In this document: positions 41,610 to 51,989 of the stretch, piece after piece
How the letters are laid out: each line of letters opens with the position of its first letter
Numbering within the stretch: position 1 is the first letter of the stretch
Assembly: GCA_030691505.1 (NCBI GenBank)
Contig: JAUYEG010000081.1
Span: 62,738 to 126,737 of the forward strand
Length of the DNA stretch: 64,000 nt
Direction: 5' to 3'
Source: Bacillota bacterium
GTDB lineage: Bacteria; Bacillota; Sulfobacillia; JAUYEG01
Translations under genes and position numbers: made by a program
The notes under the pieces: generated by a model
The model's input: only the letters and a program-made list of their open reading frames with translations
The model's database searches: none
What the model was told of the DNA's origin: nothing

Positions 41610-42470
41610 GTGACAGGAATGGTTGAGGCGATCCTGAGTCTAGGCGTCATGGGGTTGCTCTTTGGCGGGCTGCTGGCGTATGCGGCCCAGGTGTTTGCGG
41701 TCCCAACCGACCCCCGGGTCGATCAGCTTACCGAGGCGCTTCCGAGCGCCCAGTGCGGCGCGTGCGGCTATCCCGGGTGCCGGGGACTGGCCGAAGCGAT
41801 CGTCAAAGGCCGGGCGGGGATAAGCTCGTGCGTGGTCGGCGGGCCGACCGTCGCCGCCGAGATTGCCAGGATCATGGGCGTCCAGGCGGAGGAGATGGCT
41901 GAGCGCCAGGTGGCCGTGGTTCATTGCGGCGGCGGCGCGGGCAAGGTCAGCGGCCGTCATCTGTACGACGGCATCGCCGACTGCCGCGCCGCGGTCATCC
42001 CGCAGGTGGCCGGCAAGCTGGGGCACACGCTTTGCAGCGCCGGGTGTCTTGGTTTCGGCACATGCGTCGCGGTATGTCCGTTTGACGCCATCCACATGGG
42101 TCCCGACGGGTTGCCGGTGGTCGACAGGGAGAAGTGCACCGCCTGCGCCAAGTGCGTTGCCGCCTGCCCGCGGGGGATAATCGAGTTGCACCCGGTTTCG
42201 CAGACCGTGCACGTGCTGTGCCGAAACCGGGATCGGGGCGCGGCCGTCCGCAGGTACTGCAAAGTGGGCTGCATAGCCTGCCGGGCGTGCGTGAGAGCGG
42301 TGCCCGAAGGATACGTCATCCAGGACAACCTGGCGGCGGTAGACTACAGCCAGAAAGTTGACTTTGGCCTGGCGATTCCGAAATGCCCGACCAAGACCAT
42401 CGTCGATCTGTCCGCACCCGCCGCTCAGGACCAGGGTGCGGCCGCGGAGGGGGCCAAGGAAACGGCCTGA
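41610..42470 (+). CDS. rnfB: Rnf complex subunit B (ferredoxin-type)
   Basis: N-terminal TM, CGACGYPGCRGLAEAIV cluster, and multiple 4Fe-4S CxxCxxCxxxCP motifs. Confidence 0.9.
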   Translation: MTGMVEAILSLGVMGLLFGGLLAYAAQVFAVPTDPRVDQLTEALPSAQCGACGYPGCRGLAEAIVKGRAGISSCVVGGPTVAAEIARIMGVQAEEMAERQVAVVHCGGGAGKVSGRHLYDGIADCRAAVIPQVAGKLGHTLCSAGCLGFGTCVAVCPFDAIHMGPDGLPVVDREKCTACAKCVAACPRGIIELHPVSQTVHVLCRNRDRGAAVRRYCKVGCIACRACVRAVPEGYVIQDNLAAVDYSQKVDFGLAIPKCPTKTIVDLSAPAAQDQGAAAEGAKETA

Positions 42471-42519
42471 TCCTCCCGGTCCAGGGCCAAGGTTCGGGCT
42501 GGGACGGTGATTTGAGGAC

Positions 42520-43563
42520 ATGACTGTCGCGAGGGGCCGCGCGGGCGCGCGGCTCCGCGTTTTCCTGACCCTTGCCGTGGTGCTGCTGGTCGGTGGGGCC
42601 GTGGCCGCGCGCCTCGTCCAGGCGCGGCGGCAGGGGACCTACCACGAACGCAGTGGCCTGGCCATGGGCACCTTCGTGACCCTGCGAGCGGCGGGGCCCC
42701 GGGCTCCGGCCGCGCTTGAGGCCGCGATGGCGGAGATCGACCGGCTTGACGCGTTGTTTGACTACGGCAGGCCGCAAAGCGACGTGGGCAGGCTAAACGC
42801 GGCGGCGGGCGCCGGGCCGGTGACCGTGCAGCCGGATACCGTTGCCGTCCTTGTGCGGGCCCTTCACTACGCTCAGGCTTCGGACGGCGCCTTTGACCCG
42901 ACCATCGCCCCGCTCGTGGACCTGTGGGGCTTCCGTCCCGAGGGCCCGCAGGCCGTGCCCGAGGAAACCGCGATCCGCGATATGCTTTCGCTCGTCGACT
43001 ACCGCAGGCTGCGCGTCGATGCCGGCGCGGGCACGGCCGAACTGCTTGACCCCGGTACGCGCGTGGATCTCGGCGGCATAGCCAAAGGGTTCGCGGTGGA
43101 CCGTGCGGCAGCCGTGTTGCGCGAGGCGGGCGTCGAGTCCGCGATTATCGACATCGGCGGCAACATCTACTGCCTCGGGCTTAAGGACAGGACGAATCTG
43201 TGGCGCGTGGGGCTCCAGCATCCGCGGCGGACGGACGCGCAGTTCGGCGTGCTCCGGATCAGCGACCTGGGCGTGGCCACATCTGGGGACTACCAGCGGT
43301 TCTTTGAGGCCGGCGGGAGGCGGTACCACCACGTGCTCGACCCCCGGACGGGGCGTCCGGCGTCAGGCCTTCTGGCTGCATCCGTCGCGGCCCCCTCGGC
43401 GATGGACGCCGACGCCGCATCGACCGCGGCCTTCGTGCTCGGACTGGAAGCCGGGCAGCGATTTCTGCGCCAGCTCGGGCTGGAGGGCGTGTTTTACGCC
43501 GAGGACGGGCAGGTAGTGGTGACCGGGCGACTGCAGCCGGTTTTTGAGGCCGGGCCGCAATGA
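42520..43563 (+). CDS. apbE: FAD:protein FMN transferase ApbE
   Basis: GLAMGTFVTL, DLGGIAKGFAVDRAA, and the ApbE fold. It sits directly after rnf, as is common. Confidence 0.85.
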   Translation: MTVARGRAGARLRVFLTLAVVLLVGGAVAARLVQARRQGTYHERSGLAMGTFVTLRAAGPRAPAALEAAMAEIDRLDALFDYGRPQSDVGRLNAAAGAGPVTVQPDTVAVLVRALHYAQASDGAFDPTIAPLVDLWGFRPEGPQAVPEETAIRDMLSLVDYRRLRVDAGAGTAELLDPGTRVDLGGIAKGFAVDRAAAVLREAGVESAIIDIGGNIYCLGLKDRTNLWRVGLQHPRRTDAQFGVLRISDLGVATSGDYQRFFEAGGRRYHHVLDPRTGRPASGLLAASVAAPSAMDADAASTAAFVLGLEAGQRFLRQLGLEGVFYAEDGQVVVTGRLQPVFEAGPQ

Positions 43564-44120
43564 CTCCGGCCAAGCCGGAACAGACCGCGCGGGCGCGCCG
43601 CCTGACGCAGTTCAGTCTGCTGGTCGCCACCGCTGTGGTGCTTCACGTCGTCGAAAGCATGTTCCCGCCGCCGCTGCCCGTGCCGGGAGCCAGGCTTGGA
43701 TTGGCGAACATTGTCTCGCTCGTGTGTCTCGACGCCTTCGGGGCGCGGGCGGCGTTTCTGCTGGCGGGCATGCGTACGGTGCTTGGCGGGCTTCTGGGCG
43801 GCGGCCTGCTTGGTTTCGGTTTCCTCCTCAGCTTTGGAGCGGCGCTGGCCAGCGTCGCCGGCATGGCCCTGCTCCGCTCTGTCGGACGGGAGCGGTTCAG
43901 CATTGTGGGCCTCAGCCTGTTCGGGGCTCTCGTTCACAACGTCACGCAACTGACCCTGGCGGCGCTCATCGTCCGGCATGCGGGCGTATTCGCCTATCTG
44001 CCGTACATGCTGATGGGGTCACTCCCGACCGGCGCTCTCACGGGGGTCGCTGCGACGTATGTCCTGCGGGCGCGAAATGCCGCTTTCGCGATGTGGCTTG
44101 GGGCCGCACAGGAAAGATAG
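43560..44120 (+). CDS. Gx transporter family membrane protein (HepS/GerCA-like)
   Basis: 186-aa polytopic ORF with LHVVESMFPPPLPVPGARLGLANIV. This family is commonly found with ApbE/Rnf. Confidence 0.6.
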   Translation: MTPAKPEQTARARRLTQFSLLVATAVVLHVVESMFPPPLPVPGARLGLANIVSLVCLDAFGARAAFLLAGMRTVLGGLLGGGLLGFGFLLSFGAALASVAGMALLRSVGRERFSIVGLSLFGALVHNVTQLTLAALIVRHAGVFAYLPYMLMGSLPTGALTGVAATYVLRARNAAFAMWLGAAQER

Positions 44121-44376
44121 GAATGTGCCCGGCAAAGTACGTGAACTGCCTGAAGAGGGCCGCCAAATGCCGCGGTTCAGCGCGAATCTCTATGGCAGCC
44201 AGCTTGACGCCGCCTCCGGCACCGGCCAAGCAGTTGGAGGTATTTGCCAATTTAGGCCGAAGCTCTATAGCAGGTAGCGTGGCGGCCGTGGAGCGAATGA
44301 TGGGGAGGCGCTGTAGCTGGTTAGATCCTGTTCGCCAATAGGGGACGGGGCTCTTCCCCGTGTCCCGTCCGGCGCG

Positions 44377-45048
44377 TTGCGACGCGTGATCCTGGCTTCG
44401 GCCTCACCGCGCCGCAAGGCGCTCCTGCGGCAGATAGGCTTGGCGTTCGAGGTCATTGCGGCCGAGGTCGACGAGCGGCTCAGTGAGAGCGAGCTTCTGG
44501 ACCCGTCAGGCGCTGTCGTGGCCCTCGCCGAGGCCAAGGCGCGGGCGGTTCTGGACCGTCTCCCGGGCGATGCCAGGGATGCTCTGGTGATCGGCGCGGA
44601 CACGGTCGTGCTGGTTGAGGGGCGTGTGCTTGGGAAACCGGACGACGAGGTCACCGCGGCCGATATGCTCGGCTTGCTGTCCGGTCGTACGCACACCGTC
44701 TTGACGGGCGTGGCGGTGGTCGATGCGGCAAGCGGGCGGGCGCGATGCGGCTTTGAGCGGACGCTCGTCACCATGTCCGCCCTCACCGACGACATCATCC
44801 GCCGCTATGTCGCCACGCGCGAGCCGATGGACAAGGCCGGCGCCTACGCGGTTCAGGGACTGGGATCGCTTTTCATCGAGCGTGTCGAGGGCTGCTACTT
44901 CAACGTTGTGGGCCTGCCGCTCGCCCTGCTGCACCGGCTTTTGGTCGGCTCGGGGTTTGATGCCGTGGACATGTGGCCGCCATCTCAGCCGCTGAGATGC
45001 GCGGGCGGGGCGCGACCGGCGGGTGTCCGGGAGCGCCGGTCGCGGTGA
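44377..45048 (+). CDS. maf: Maf-like nucleoside triphosphate pyrophosphatase
   Basis: RVILASASPRRKALLRQIGLAFEV, GADTVV, AGAYAVQGLG. Confidence 0.85.
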   Translation: MRRVILASASPRRKALLRQIGLAFEVIAAEVDERLSESELLDPSGAVVALAEAKARAVLDRLPGDARDALVIGADTVVLVEGRVLGKPDDEVTAADMLGLLSGRTHTVLTGVAVVDAASGRARCGFERTLVTMSALTDDIIRRYVATREPMDKAGAYAVQGLGSLFIERVEGCYFNVVGLPLALLHRLLVGSGFDAVDMWPPSQPLRCAGGARPAGVRERRSR

Positions 45049-45785
45049 TCAAGGAACTGCCGGTTGAGGAGCGCCCGCGCGAACGGCTGAACGAGCTGGG
45101 GGCGCGGGCCCTGTCGGGCACGGAACTGCTCGCGGTGCTGTTGGGTTCGGGTTCGGGGCGGGGGCGCAGTGCGCTCGACCTGGCCCAGGCGATACTTACC
45201 GGACTGCGCGACGAAGGCGGCGGTGCGGGCAATTTGGGCGGTGCGGGCGAGGAGCCGGCCCTGAGTCTTCTGGGGTCGATCGCCGTCCACGATCTGCTCC
45301 GCCACCCGGGTCTTGGCGAGGCCAAGGCGGGCCGGGTCGTCGCCGCGGTCGAGTTGGGAAGGCGGGTTTGTGGGGCAAGGAATCAGCGGCCGGTGATCCG
45401 GTCGCCGGGCGACGTAAGCAAGCTGCTTGGCGAGCGGCTTAGACACCTTGATCGGGAGCACTTCATGACGGTCCTGCTCGACACCAAGAACCAATTGCTG
45501 GCGAGCGACCTGGTGAGTGTGGGCAGCCTGGACACGTCTCTGGTCCATCCGCGCGAGGTCTTCAAAGCCGCCGTCCGCCGCAGCGCCTCGTCGGTCATCC
45601 TGGCCCACAACCATCCCAGCGGCGATCCCACGCCCAGCAGCGCCGATATCGCTTGTACCAGCCGTCTGGCCGAGGCGGGGCGGGTGTTGGGCATTATGGT
45701 GCTCGATCACGTGATTATCGGTCACGCCGGGTACGTGAGTCTCCGCGAACGCGGCATAGGCGGTCTTTCGGCGGGGGTACAATGA
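45044..45785 (+). CDS. radC: RadC-family JAMM-domain protein
   Basis: VIKELPVEERPRERL, LAHNHPSGDPTPSSADI JAMM motif. GTGA overlap with the maf stop. Confidence 0.85.
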
Positions 45786-45816
45786 ATCTGCATGAGTTGG
45801 GAAGGGGCACCGGGCC

Positions 45817-46863
45817 ATGTTGGGTATAATACACTCCCTTTTCTCACGCGACATGGGCATTGACCTTGGAACCGCCAATACCCTGGTGTTCGTCAAGGGT
45901 AAGGGGATCGTGCTGCAAGAGCCCTCAGTGGTTGCTCTTCACCGCGAATCCGGCAACGTGCTCGCGGTCGGTGAAGAGGCCAAGCGCATGATCGGCCGTA
46001 CGCCTGGCAACATCGTGGCGATACGTCCGATGAAAGACGGCGTCATCGCTGATTTCGAAGTAACCCAAACCATGTTGCGGTGCTTCATCCGCCGGGCGCA
46101 TGCGCGCACGCTGCTGCTTCAGCGGCCGATAGTCGTCATCGCGGTGCCCACCGGCGTGACCGAGGTCGAGCGCAGAGCGGTTGAGGGCGCCGCGATGCAG
46201 GCCGGGGCCAGGCTCGTCTATCCGATCGAGGAACCGCTGGCGGCGGCAATCGGTGCGGGGCTGCCGATCGAGGAACCACGCGGCAACATGGTCGTAGATA
46301 TCGGCGGGGGCACGACCGAGGTCGCGATCATCTCCCTTGGCGGGATCGTCACCTCGCAGTCGATCCGGGTCGCCGGCGACGAGATGGACGAGGCGATCAT
46401 CTCCTACATAAAACGTACATACAGCCTGGCCATCGGCGATCAGACGGCGGAGATGATCAAGATGCGTATCGGCTCGGCGCACCCGGTCGCTGAGGCTGAC
46501 CAATCTATCGAGGTCCGGGGCAGGGACCTCATCTCCGGGTTGCCAAAGACGCTTCGGGTCACCGGTGAAGAGATTCGTAAAGCCTTGACCGAGCCGGTCG
46601 CGGCGATTCTCGAGGCGATCAAGGTCACGCTCGAGCGTACGCCGCCCGAGCTTGCCTCGGACGTAATAGACCGGGGCATCGTCATGACGGGCGGAGGCTC
46701 CTTGCTCAGGGGACTGGACAAGCTGGTCAGCCAGGAAACCGGGATGCCCGTTATACTTGCGGAAGAGCCGCTTCTGTCAGTCGTCCGCGGGGCGGGCAAG
46801 ACGGTTGAGGATCCGCGGATTCTGAAACTCATTGCCCAGCGGTCGAGACGCGGCGCTCCCTAG
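45817..46863 (+). CDS. mreB: rod shape-determining actin homolog MreB
   Basis: [45 protein letters not shown]. Confidence 0.95.
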   Translation: MLGIIHSLFSRDMGIDLGTANTLVFVKGKGIVLQEPSVVALHRESGNVLAVGEEAKRMIGRTPGNIVAIRPMKDGVIADFEVTQTMLRCFIRRAHARTLLLQRPIVVIAVPTGVTEVERRAVEGAAMQAGARLVYPIEEPLAAAIGAGLPIEEPRGNMVVDIGGGTTEVAIISLGGIVTSQSIRVAGDEMDEAIISYIKRTYSLAIGDQTAEMIKMRIGSAHPVAEADQSIEVRGRDLISGLPKTLRVTGEEIRKALTEPVAAILEAIKVTLERTPPELASDVIDRGIVMTGGGSLLRGLDKLVSQETGMPVILAEEPLLSVVRGAGKTVEDPRILKLIAQRSRRGAP

Positions 46864-46922
46864 CAGGCGGCAGTCCGGCACGCCTGGCCGGCCCCAGTTG
46901 AGGTGGGAGGAGTAAGCGGAGC

Positions 46923-47747
46923 ATGACAGCCTGGACACGGCATCGCCATACGCTCCTGGGCGTACTGGCAGTCGTAGTGCTGGTCGCAATGGCCGGACTG
47001 ACGGCGTACTTTCGCGAGGACATTTCCGCCGTGGAACGGCGGGTTCTGGAGGCGCTGTCGCCTGTCCAGCGGGCGGCGACCGAGACCGGCCGTTCCATTC
47101 GCGCTTTCTGGGTGTCTCTTGGCGAACTCCGCCACCTCCACGAGGAAAACTCACACCTTCGAGCCCAGGTCGAGGAGCTTCTCGGCAAAGCTCCCCGCCT
47201 TGACGATCTGGAGCAGGAGAATGCCCGCCTGCGCGCCATGCTTGCCTTTGCGCCTCCGGCCGAGTTTGAGGCGCTGGCGGCGAGGGTTATCGGCCGGAGC
47301 ATGTCCAACTGGTTCAGTACCGTTGAGATTGACAAGGGAAGCACGGATGGCGTGACGGTCAATACGGTCGTGGTCACTCAGCGCGGGCTTGTCGGCCGAG
47401 TGGTGCGGGTCACGGGCCGAACGGCAACCGTCCTCCTGCTCACCGATCCGCAGAGCGGCGTCGGGGCGGTCGTCATCCGCTCGCGCGAGCCGGGTGTGGT
47501 GCTCGGTACGACATCCTTTGAAGACACATGTGCCATGCGGCTGTTCTCACGTGACGCGGACGTCGTCCGCGGCGACGCGGTGCTGACGTCCGGATTGGGC
47601 GACGTGTTCCCGAGCGGCCTGCACATCGGCCAGGTCGTGGAGACGAGCCGCAGCGATCAGGGGCTGCTGGTTACCGCCACGGTCAGCCCGGCGGTCGATT
47701 TCGGCCGGCTCGAAGAAGTGTTCGTGCTTTGCCCGCGTGGGGGGTAA
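46923..47747 (+). CDS. mreC: rod shape-determining protein MreC
   Basis: N-terminal TM, coiled coil (ENSHLRAQVEELL), beta-rich domain GLVGRVVRVTGRTATVLLLTDPQSGV. Confidence 0.85.
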   Translation: MTAWTRHRHTLLGVLAVVVLVAMAGLTAYFREDISAVERRVLEALSPVQRAATETGRSIRAFWVSLGELRHLHEENSHLRAQVEELLGKAPRLDDLEQENARLRAMLAFAPPAEFEALAARVIGRSMSNWFSTVEIDKGSTDGVTVNTVVVTQRGLVGRVVRVTGRTATVLLLTDPQSGVGAVVIRSREPGVVLGTTSFEDTCAMRLFSRDADVVRGDAVLTSGLGDVFPSGLHIGQVVETSRSDQGLLVTATVSPAVDFGRLEEVFVLCPRGG

Positions 47748-48282
47748 GAACTTGCGTTTCTGGGGATGGCTGATCGCCTACGTCGCAGCAGTCTGGCTTG
47801 ACCTGGCTGCGCTATCGCTTTTTCCCGCCGGATCTCCCGCCCCCAGCGTTTTCCTCGTTCTCACGATAACGGCTGGGTTATTGCGCGGGCCTTTTACAGG
47901 CATGGCCACCGGGGTGGTCCTCGGGCTGACCGCTGATCTGGTCTCCGGGAGGCTGATCGGGCTCGGAGCCCTGACCGCGGCCATCGTGGGCGCGCTCGCC
48001 GGTCTGGTGGCCAGGCGGGTCTTTCGCGAGAACCTGACGATCGTGGCCGCCGTATCCCTGCTGCTTAGTGGTCTTTGGTCAATAGCCTATTCCGGCGGCG
48101 CGTGGCTTTTCGGCGTACCGTTTCACCCCGGCCGTGCGTTTGTGGCCATCGGTCTGCCTGTTGGAATCTACAATTCGGTCCTCGTACCGGTGCTGTACGC
48201 GTTGGGATTCCGCCGTTTCGGGCAGCTGGACCCGGCGGCGGGCGGCGAGCGGTTGCGGGTGGGCGGTGAGTGGGATGGTTGA
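47737..48282 (+). CDS. mreD: rod shape-determining protein MreD
   Basis: A small polytopic membrane ORF overlapping the mreC end. The call rests on position in the mreBCD operon and topology. Confidence 0.7.
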   Translation: MGGKNLRFWGWLIAYVAAVWLDLAALSLFPAGSPAPSVFLVLTITAGLLRGPFTGMATGVVLGLTADLVSGRLIGLGALTAAIVGALAGLVARRVFRENLTIVAAVSLLLSGLWSIAYSGGAWLFGVPFHPGRAFVAIGLPVGIYNSVLVPVLYALGFRRFGQLDPAAGGERLRVGGEWDG

Positions 48283-50188
48283 TCTGCGCTCGCTGCTCCC
48301 CAATGCGGGCCGCGACGAGGTTGAGTACCGCTCGCGCCTGTTCCTGGCCGCTCTCGTCCTCATCTTCCTGGTGCTTGTGCTGCGCCTTGGTCTTCTGCAG
48401 GTCGTGCGCGGACCGTACTTTGAGGCCCTGGCGCGCGGCAACCGCATCCGGCTGGTCTATCTGACCGCCCCGCGCGGCGCCCTGCTCGACCGGAACGGCG
48501 AGCTCGTCGCGACGACCCGTCCGTCTTTTGCCGCCTCGCTGGTCTACATGGGTGAGCCGTATACGGACGAAATGTTGGCCAAACTGGAGGGCATCCTGTC
48601 CCTGCCTCCGGGGCGTATCCGGGACCTGCTCCGAAAGGAGCGCGGACGGCTGTACCTGCCTGTCCGCCTGAAGAACGATATCAGCCCGGAAGAGCACACG
48701 ATGCTTGAGGAGCACCGCCACGAACTCCCAGGCGTCGTGATCGAAACCGTGCCGATCCGCGAGTATCCTTACGGCAGCTTGTCGGCTCACGCTCTCGGTT
48801 ACGTGGGCCTGCTCGGGGCGGAGGACGCTCGCCTCCAGGCCCAGGCCGATTCCCAGGCCGGGGTCCGGGCAGCCGCGGGGATGGCCGCCGTCCGGTATGA
48901 GCTAAACAACATGATCGGTATGAGCGGGCTTGAGCGCCAATATGACGCCATCCTGCGCGGCACCGACGGCGTTCGCGAGGTCGAGGTCGACAGCCGGGGC
49001 AACCCCTCGCGGGTTGAACGCGAAGTGGCGCCGCAGCCGGGCCTGTCGATCCGTCTGACCCTTGACCTGAGGCTGCAGCAGGCCCTGGACACAGCGCTGC
49101 TGGCAAGCATCGATAGGATCAAGAAACAGCGTGGCCCGGCCTACGCTACCTCCGCCGCCGCCGTGGTGCTGGACGTGAAGACCGGCGGGGTGCTCGCCAT
49201 GACGAGTTGGCCGGCTTTCGATCCCAACTGGTTTGCCTCCGGCAATGTGGACATGGGCTCCGTCGAGTGGCTCAACCGCGTCACCCAGGGGCGCTACATC
49301 CCGGGGTCTGTTTACAAAATGATCACCGCGTTGGCCGCGCTGGAGGAGGGCGTTGTCACGGCTAAGGACCACGTCTACTGCAGCGGGGGCTACCGGCTCG
49401 GCAGGGATTACATCCGGTGCTGGGTCGGTGACCCGGGTCACGGTTCGCTCAACATCATCGGCGCCATTCAGAAGTCCTGCAACACCTTCTTTCTCGAAAT
49501 GGGATCGCGGCTCAGGGCCAAGATGCGGCAGACCGACCCGATAAAGGGCGGGATCGACATTCTCTCTGACTACGCGGCTCAGTTCGGTCTCGACGGCCCC
49601 ACCGGGATCGACCTGCCCGGGGAACTGGCCGGGCGCGTCCCGCGGACGACCGCCGCCGCATGGCTGCCGGGCGAGGACATCCAGAGCGCGATGGGGCAGA
49701 GCAGGCACGCATACACTCCCCTGCAGCTGGCGCACTACGTGGCGACCATCGCCAACAACGGCATAGGCTATCGACCTTATCTGGTACAGCGGATTCTGGA
49801 CGGCGACCAGGTTCTTGTCGAAACCCAACCCGAGATAGCCCGTCCTCCGGTCTCGGTGTCTCAGCAATCGCTCGATCTGGTCAAGCAGGGGATGTTGGCT
49901 GTGACCAAGCCGGGCGGCACCGCCTACGGCTCGTTCTGGGACATCCCGATCCAGGTCGCCGCCAAGACGGGCACCGCTCAAACGGGCAAGCCCATTAACA
50001 ACGGCCTGGTGCTTGGATTTGCGCCGTACGACGACCCCCAGATAGCGTGGGCGATTGTGGTGGAGGGCGGGGACGGCGGTTCGTACTCCGGCGGCCCGGT
50101 GGCTAGGGAGATCGTGCGCACCTACTTTGGCCTGGACGGCGGATCGACCGCGCCGAGCGGGCCGCGGGAGGTGGACACGGATTGGTAG
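48275..50188 (+). CDS. mrdA: penicillin-binding protein 2 (elongasome transpeptidase)
   Basis: N-terminal TM, dimerisation domain, transpeptidase motifs SVYK, SGG, KTGTAQ. The ORF opens at 48134 inside mreD; ATG 48275 is preferred. Confidence 0.9.
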   Translation: MVDLRSLLPNAGRDEVEYRSRLFLAALVLIFLVLVLRLGLLQVVRGPYFEALARGNRIRLVYLTAPRGALLDRNGELVATTRPSFAASLVYMGEPYTDEMLAKLEGILSLPPGRIRDLLRKERGRLYLPVRLKNDISPEEHTMLEEHRHELPGVVIETVPIREYPYGSLSAHALGYVGLLGAEDARLQAQADSQAGVRAAAGMAAVRYELNNMIGMSGLERQYDAILRGTDGVREVEVDSRGNPSRVEREVAPQPGLSIRLTLDLRLQQALDTALLASIDRIKKQRGPAYATSAAAVVLDVKTGGVLAMTSWPAFDPNWFASGNVDMGSVEWLNRVTQGRYIPGSVYKMITALAALEEGVVTAKDHVYCSGGYRLGRDYIRCWVGDPGHGSLNIIGAIQKSCNTFFLEMGSRLRAKMRQTDPIKGGIDILSDYAAQFGLDGPTGIDLPGELAGRVPRTTAAAWLPGEDIQSAMGQSRHAYTPLQLAHYVATIANNGIGYRPYLVQRILDGDQVLVETQPEIARPPVSVSQQSLDLVKQGMLAVTKPGGTAYGSFWDIPIQVAAKTGTAQTGKPINNGLVLGFAPYDDPQIAWAIVVEGGDGGSYSGGPVAREIVRTYFGLDGGSTAPSGPREVDTDW

Positions 50189-51330
50189 ACCTGCGCAAGA
50201 TGCTGCGCCACATCGACTGGCTCACGGTCGCGTCGCTTGTGACCCTGATCGGCGTCGGCCTGGTCTTTATCGCCAGCGCGACCAATGCCCAACCGGTAAA
50301 CGGCGATAATTTGCACTATGTGAAGCGCCAGGCCGCTTGGGCCGCAATCAGCCTCGCCGCGCTGATCATCGTTGTGGCGCTTGACTACGAGCTCATCCTG
50401 CGGCTCGCCCCCTGGATATACTGGGCAAACATCGCGCTTCTGGGTCTGGTCATGGTCGCCGGGTCGTCGGCCTACGGGGCGCAGCGGTGGCTGGAAATCG
50501 GCCCGATCAGGGTGCAGCCCTCGGAGTTTGCCAAGGTTGCGATGATCATCGCCTTTGCCAGCTTCCTGAGCGCCGACCACAGGCAGGAGGCGGGGGCGCT
50601 CGGCCGTCTGCGCGACCTGCTGCCCAGTTTCGCGTACGTGGGACTGCCCATGCTGCTGGTGTTCAAGCAGCCTGACCTGGGCACCTCGCTGGTTTTCGTC
50701 GGCATCACGGTCGGTATGCTCTATATGGCCGGCGCCAACCCCAAGGCGCTCTTCGGGCTCATCGGCGGGGTCCTGAGCCTCGGGAGCCTGGCCATTTACC
50801 TCCACTACCGGATCGGGCTGTGGATACCCCTGCGCGAGTACCAGTTGCGCCGGCTGCTCAGCTTTCTCGATCCCGGCTCGGACCTGCGCCAGAGCGGATA
50901 CCATACTCACCAATCGCAGATCGCCATCGGGTCCGGCCGTCTATTCGGCAAGGGCCTCATGGCCGGCAGCCAGAACCAGCTAAACTTCCTGCCGCAGCGG
51001 CACACGGACTTCATCTTCTCCGTCATTGGAGAGGAGGCTGGCTTCGCCGGGGCCGTCCTTGTGCTCGGCCTGTTTTTGCTGCTGGCCTGGCGCGGCACGG
51101 TCATCGCCGCGCGGGCCAAGGACAAGGCAGGGTCGTTGCTGGCGATAGGCGTGGTGTCCATGCTCGTTTTTCACGTGCTGGTCAACGTGGGCATGGCGTC
51201 AGGCATAATGCCCGTCACCGGTTTGCCGCTCCCATTCATCAGCTCGGGCGGCAGCTCTCTGCTGGCCAACTGCGTGGCCGTTGGGCTGATGCTCAACGTG
51301 GATATGAGACGGTTCAAGATCTACTTCTAG
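50182..51330 (+). CDS. rodA: rod shape-determining protein RodA (SEDS family)
   Basis: LDWLTVASLVTLIGVGLVFIASAT and the FtsW/RodA/SpoVE fold. Alternative ATG start at 50200. Confidence 0.9.
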   Translation: MVDLRKMLRHIDWLTVASLVTLIGVGLVFIASATNAQPVNGDNLHYVKRQAAWAAISLAALIIVVALDYELILRLAPWIYWANIALLGLVMVAGSSAYGAQRWLEIGPIRVQPSEFAKVAMIIAFASFLSADHRQEAGALGRLRDLLPSFAYVGLPMLLVFKQPDLGTSLVFVGITVGMLYMAGANPKALFGLIGGVLSLGSLAIYLHYRIGLWIPLREYQLRRLLSFLDPGSDLRQSGYHTHQSQIAIGSGRLFGKGLMAGSQNQLNFLPQRHTDFIFSVIGEEAGFAGAVLVLGLFLLLAWRGTVIAARAKDKAGSLLAIGVVSMLVFHVLVNVGMASGIMPVTGLPLPFISSGGSSLLANCVAVGLMLNVDMRRFKIYF

Positions 51331-51377
51331 AAAGGGCGCAGGCCCGCGGCCGCACGGCCCCGCCGCGCACGCCTGCG

Positions 51378-51989
51378 CTACTCCCCCTGGGCAGGGCCGA
51401 GCAGCAGCGGCTGCAGTTGTCTGCCCGCAAGCGCGGCCTCCATCGCCGGCAGCACGAGCGACCAATCGGCGCAGACCGAGGTTGGTTTGCCCGTTGGGTT
51501 GTCCTGCCTGAAGGGCACAAGAAACACTCCCCGCGTTGAGAGCAAGGCCCCGAGGTTGCGGGCGTTGAGTCCCAGCGCATCGTTGGTCGAGATCGCCAGC
51601 AAGAGGGGCCGCCCGTTGCGCATATGGCCCTTGGCCGCGAACGACACGGGGTCGTCGGTCAGAGCGCAGGCGATCCTAGCCATCGTGGCCCCGCTGCACG
51701 GCGCCACAACGAACAGGTCAAAGGCCCGCCGCGGCCCCAGCGGTTCGATAGCCACGATCTCGCTCAGAGGCCGGTGACCGGCCGCCTCCGCAAACCGGTC
51801 AAGCCACTGGGCCGCTCTGCCGTAGCGCGTATCGGTTTGGGCCACGGCCCTTGACACCACCGGACGCACTGTCGCCCCCGCGTCGACGGTCCGGCGAATC
51901 AATGCGACGACGATTTCGAACGATTCGTAAACGCCGGTAAGCCCCCAACCAACCGCCGCATCGCAAAGCTCTAACGGCCTCTTTTCCAT
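51378..51989 (-). CDS. dpaB: dipicolinate synthase subunit B (flavoprotein family)
   Basis: MEKRPLELCDAAVGWGLTG...EPLGP...VAPCSGATMARIA...LLAISTNDALGLNARNLGALL...VPFRQDNP...QLQPLL aligns along its length with B. subtilis SpoVFB. The ORF opens at 52145; ATG 51989 is preferred. No dpaA is adjacent. Confidence 0.75.
   Translation of the reverse strand: MEKRPLELCDAAVGWGLTGVYESFEIVVALIRRTVDAGATVRPVVSRAVAQTDTRYGRAAQWLDRFAEAAGHRPLSEIVAIEPLGPRRAFDLFVVAPCSGATMARIACALTDDPVSFAAKGHMRNGRPLLLAISTNDALGLNARNLGALLSTRGVFLVPFRQDNPTGKPTSVCADWSLVLPAMEAALAGRQLQPLLLGPAQGE

Noticed and set aside
44120-44377. Possible terminator or regulatory hairpin (GGGGACGGGGctcttCCCCGTGTCCC) upstream of maf
   Set aside because: The stem is imperfect and has no following U-tract, so it is not convincing as an intrinsic terminator. 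No function can be assigned.
48134-48275. Longer N-terminal extension of the PBP2 ORF (track start 48134)
   Set aside because: The extension overlaps mreD in another frame and lacks PBP2 similarity. ATG 48275, just before the TM anchor, is the plausible start.
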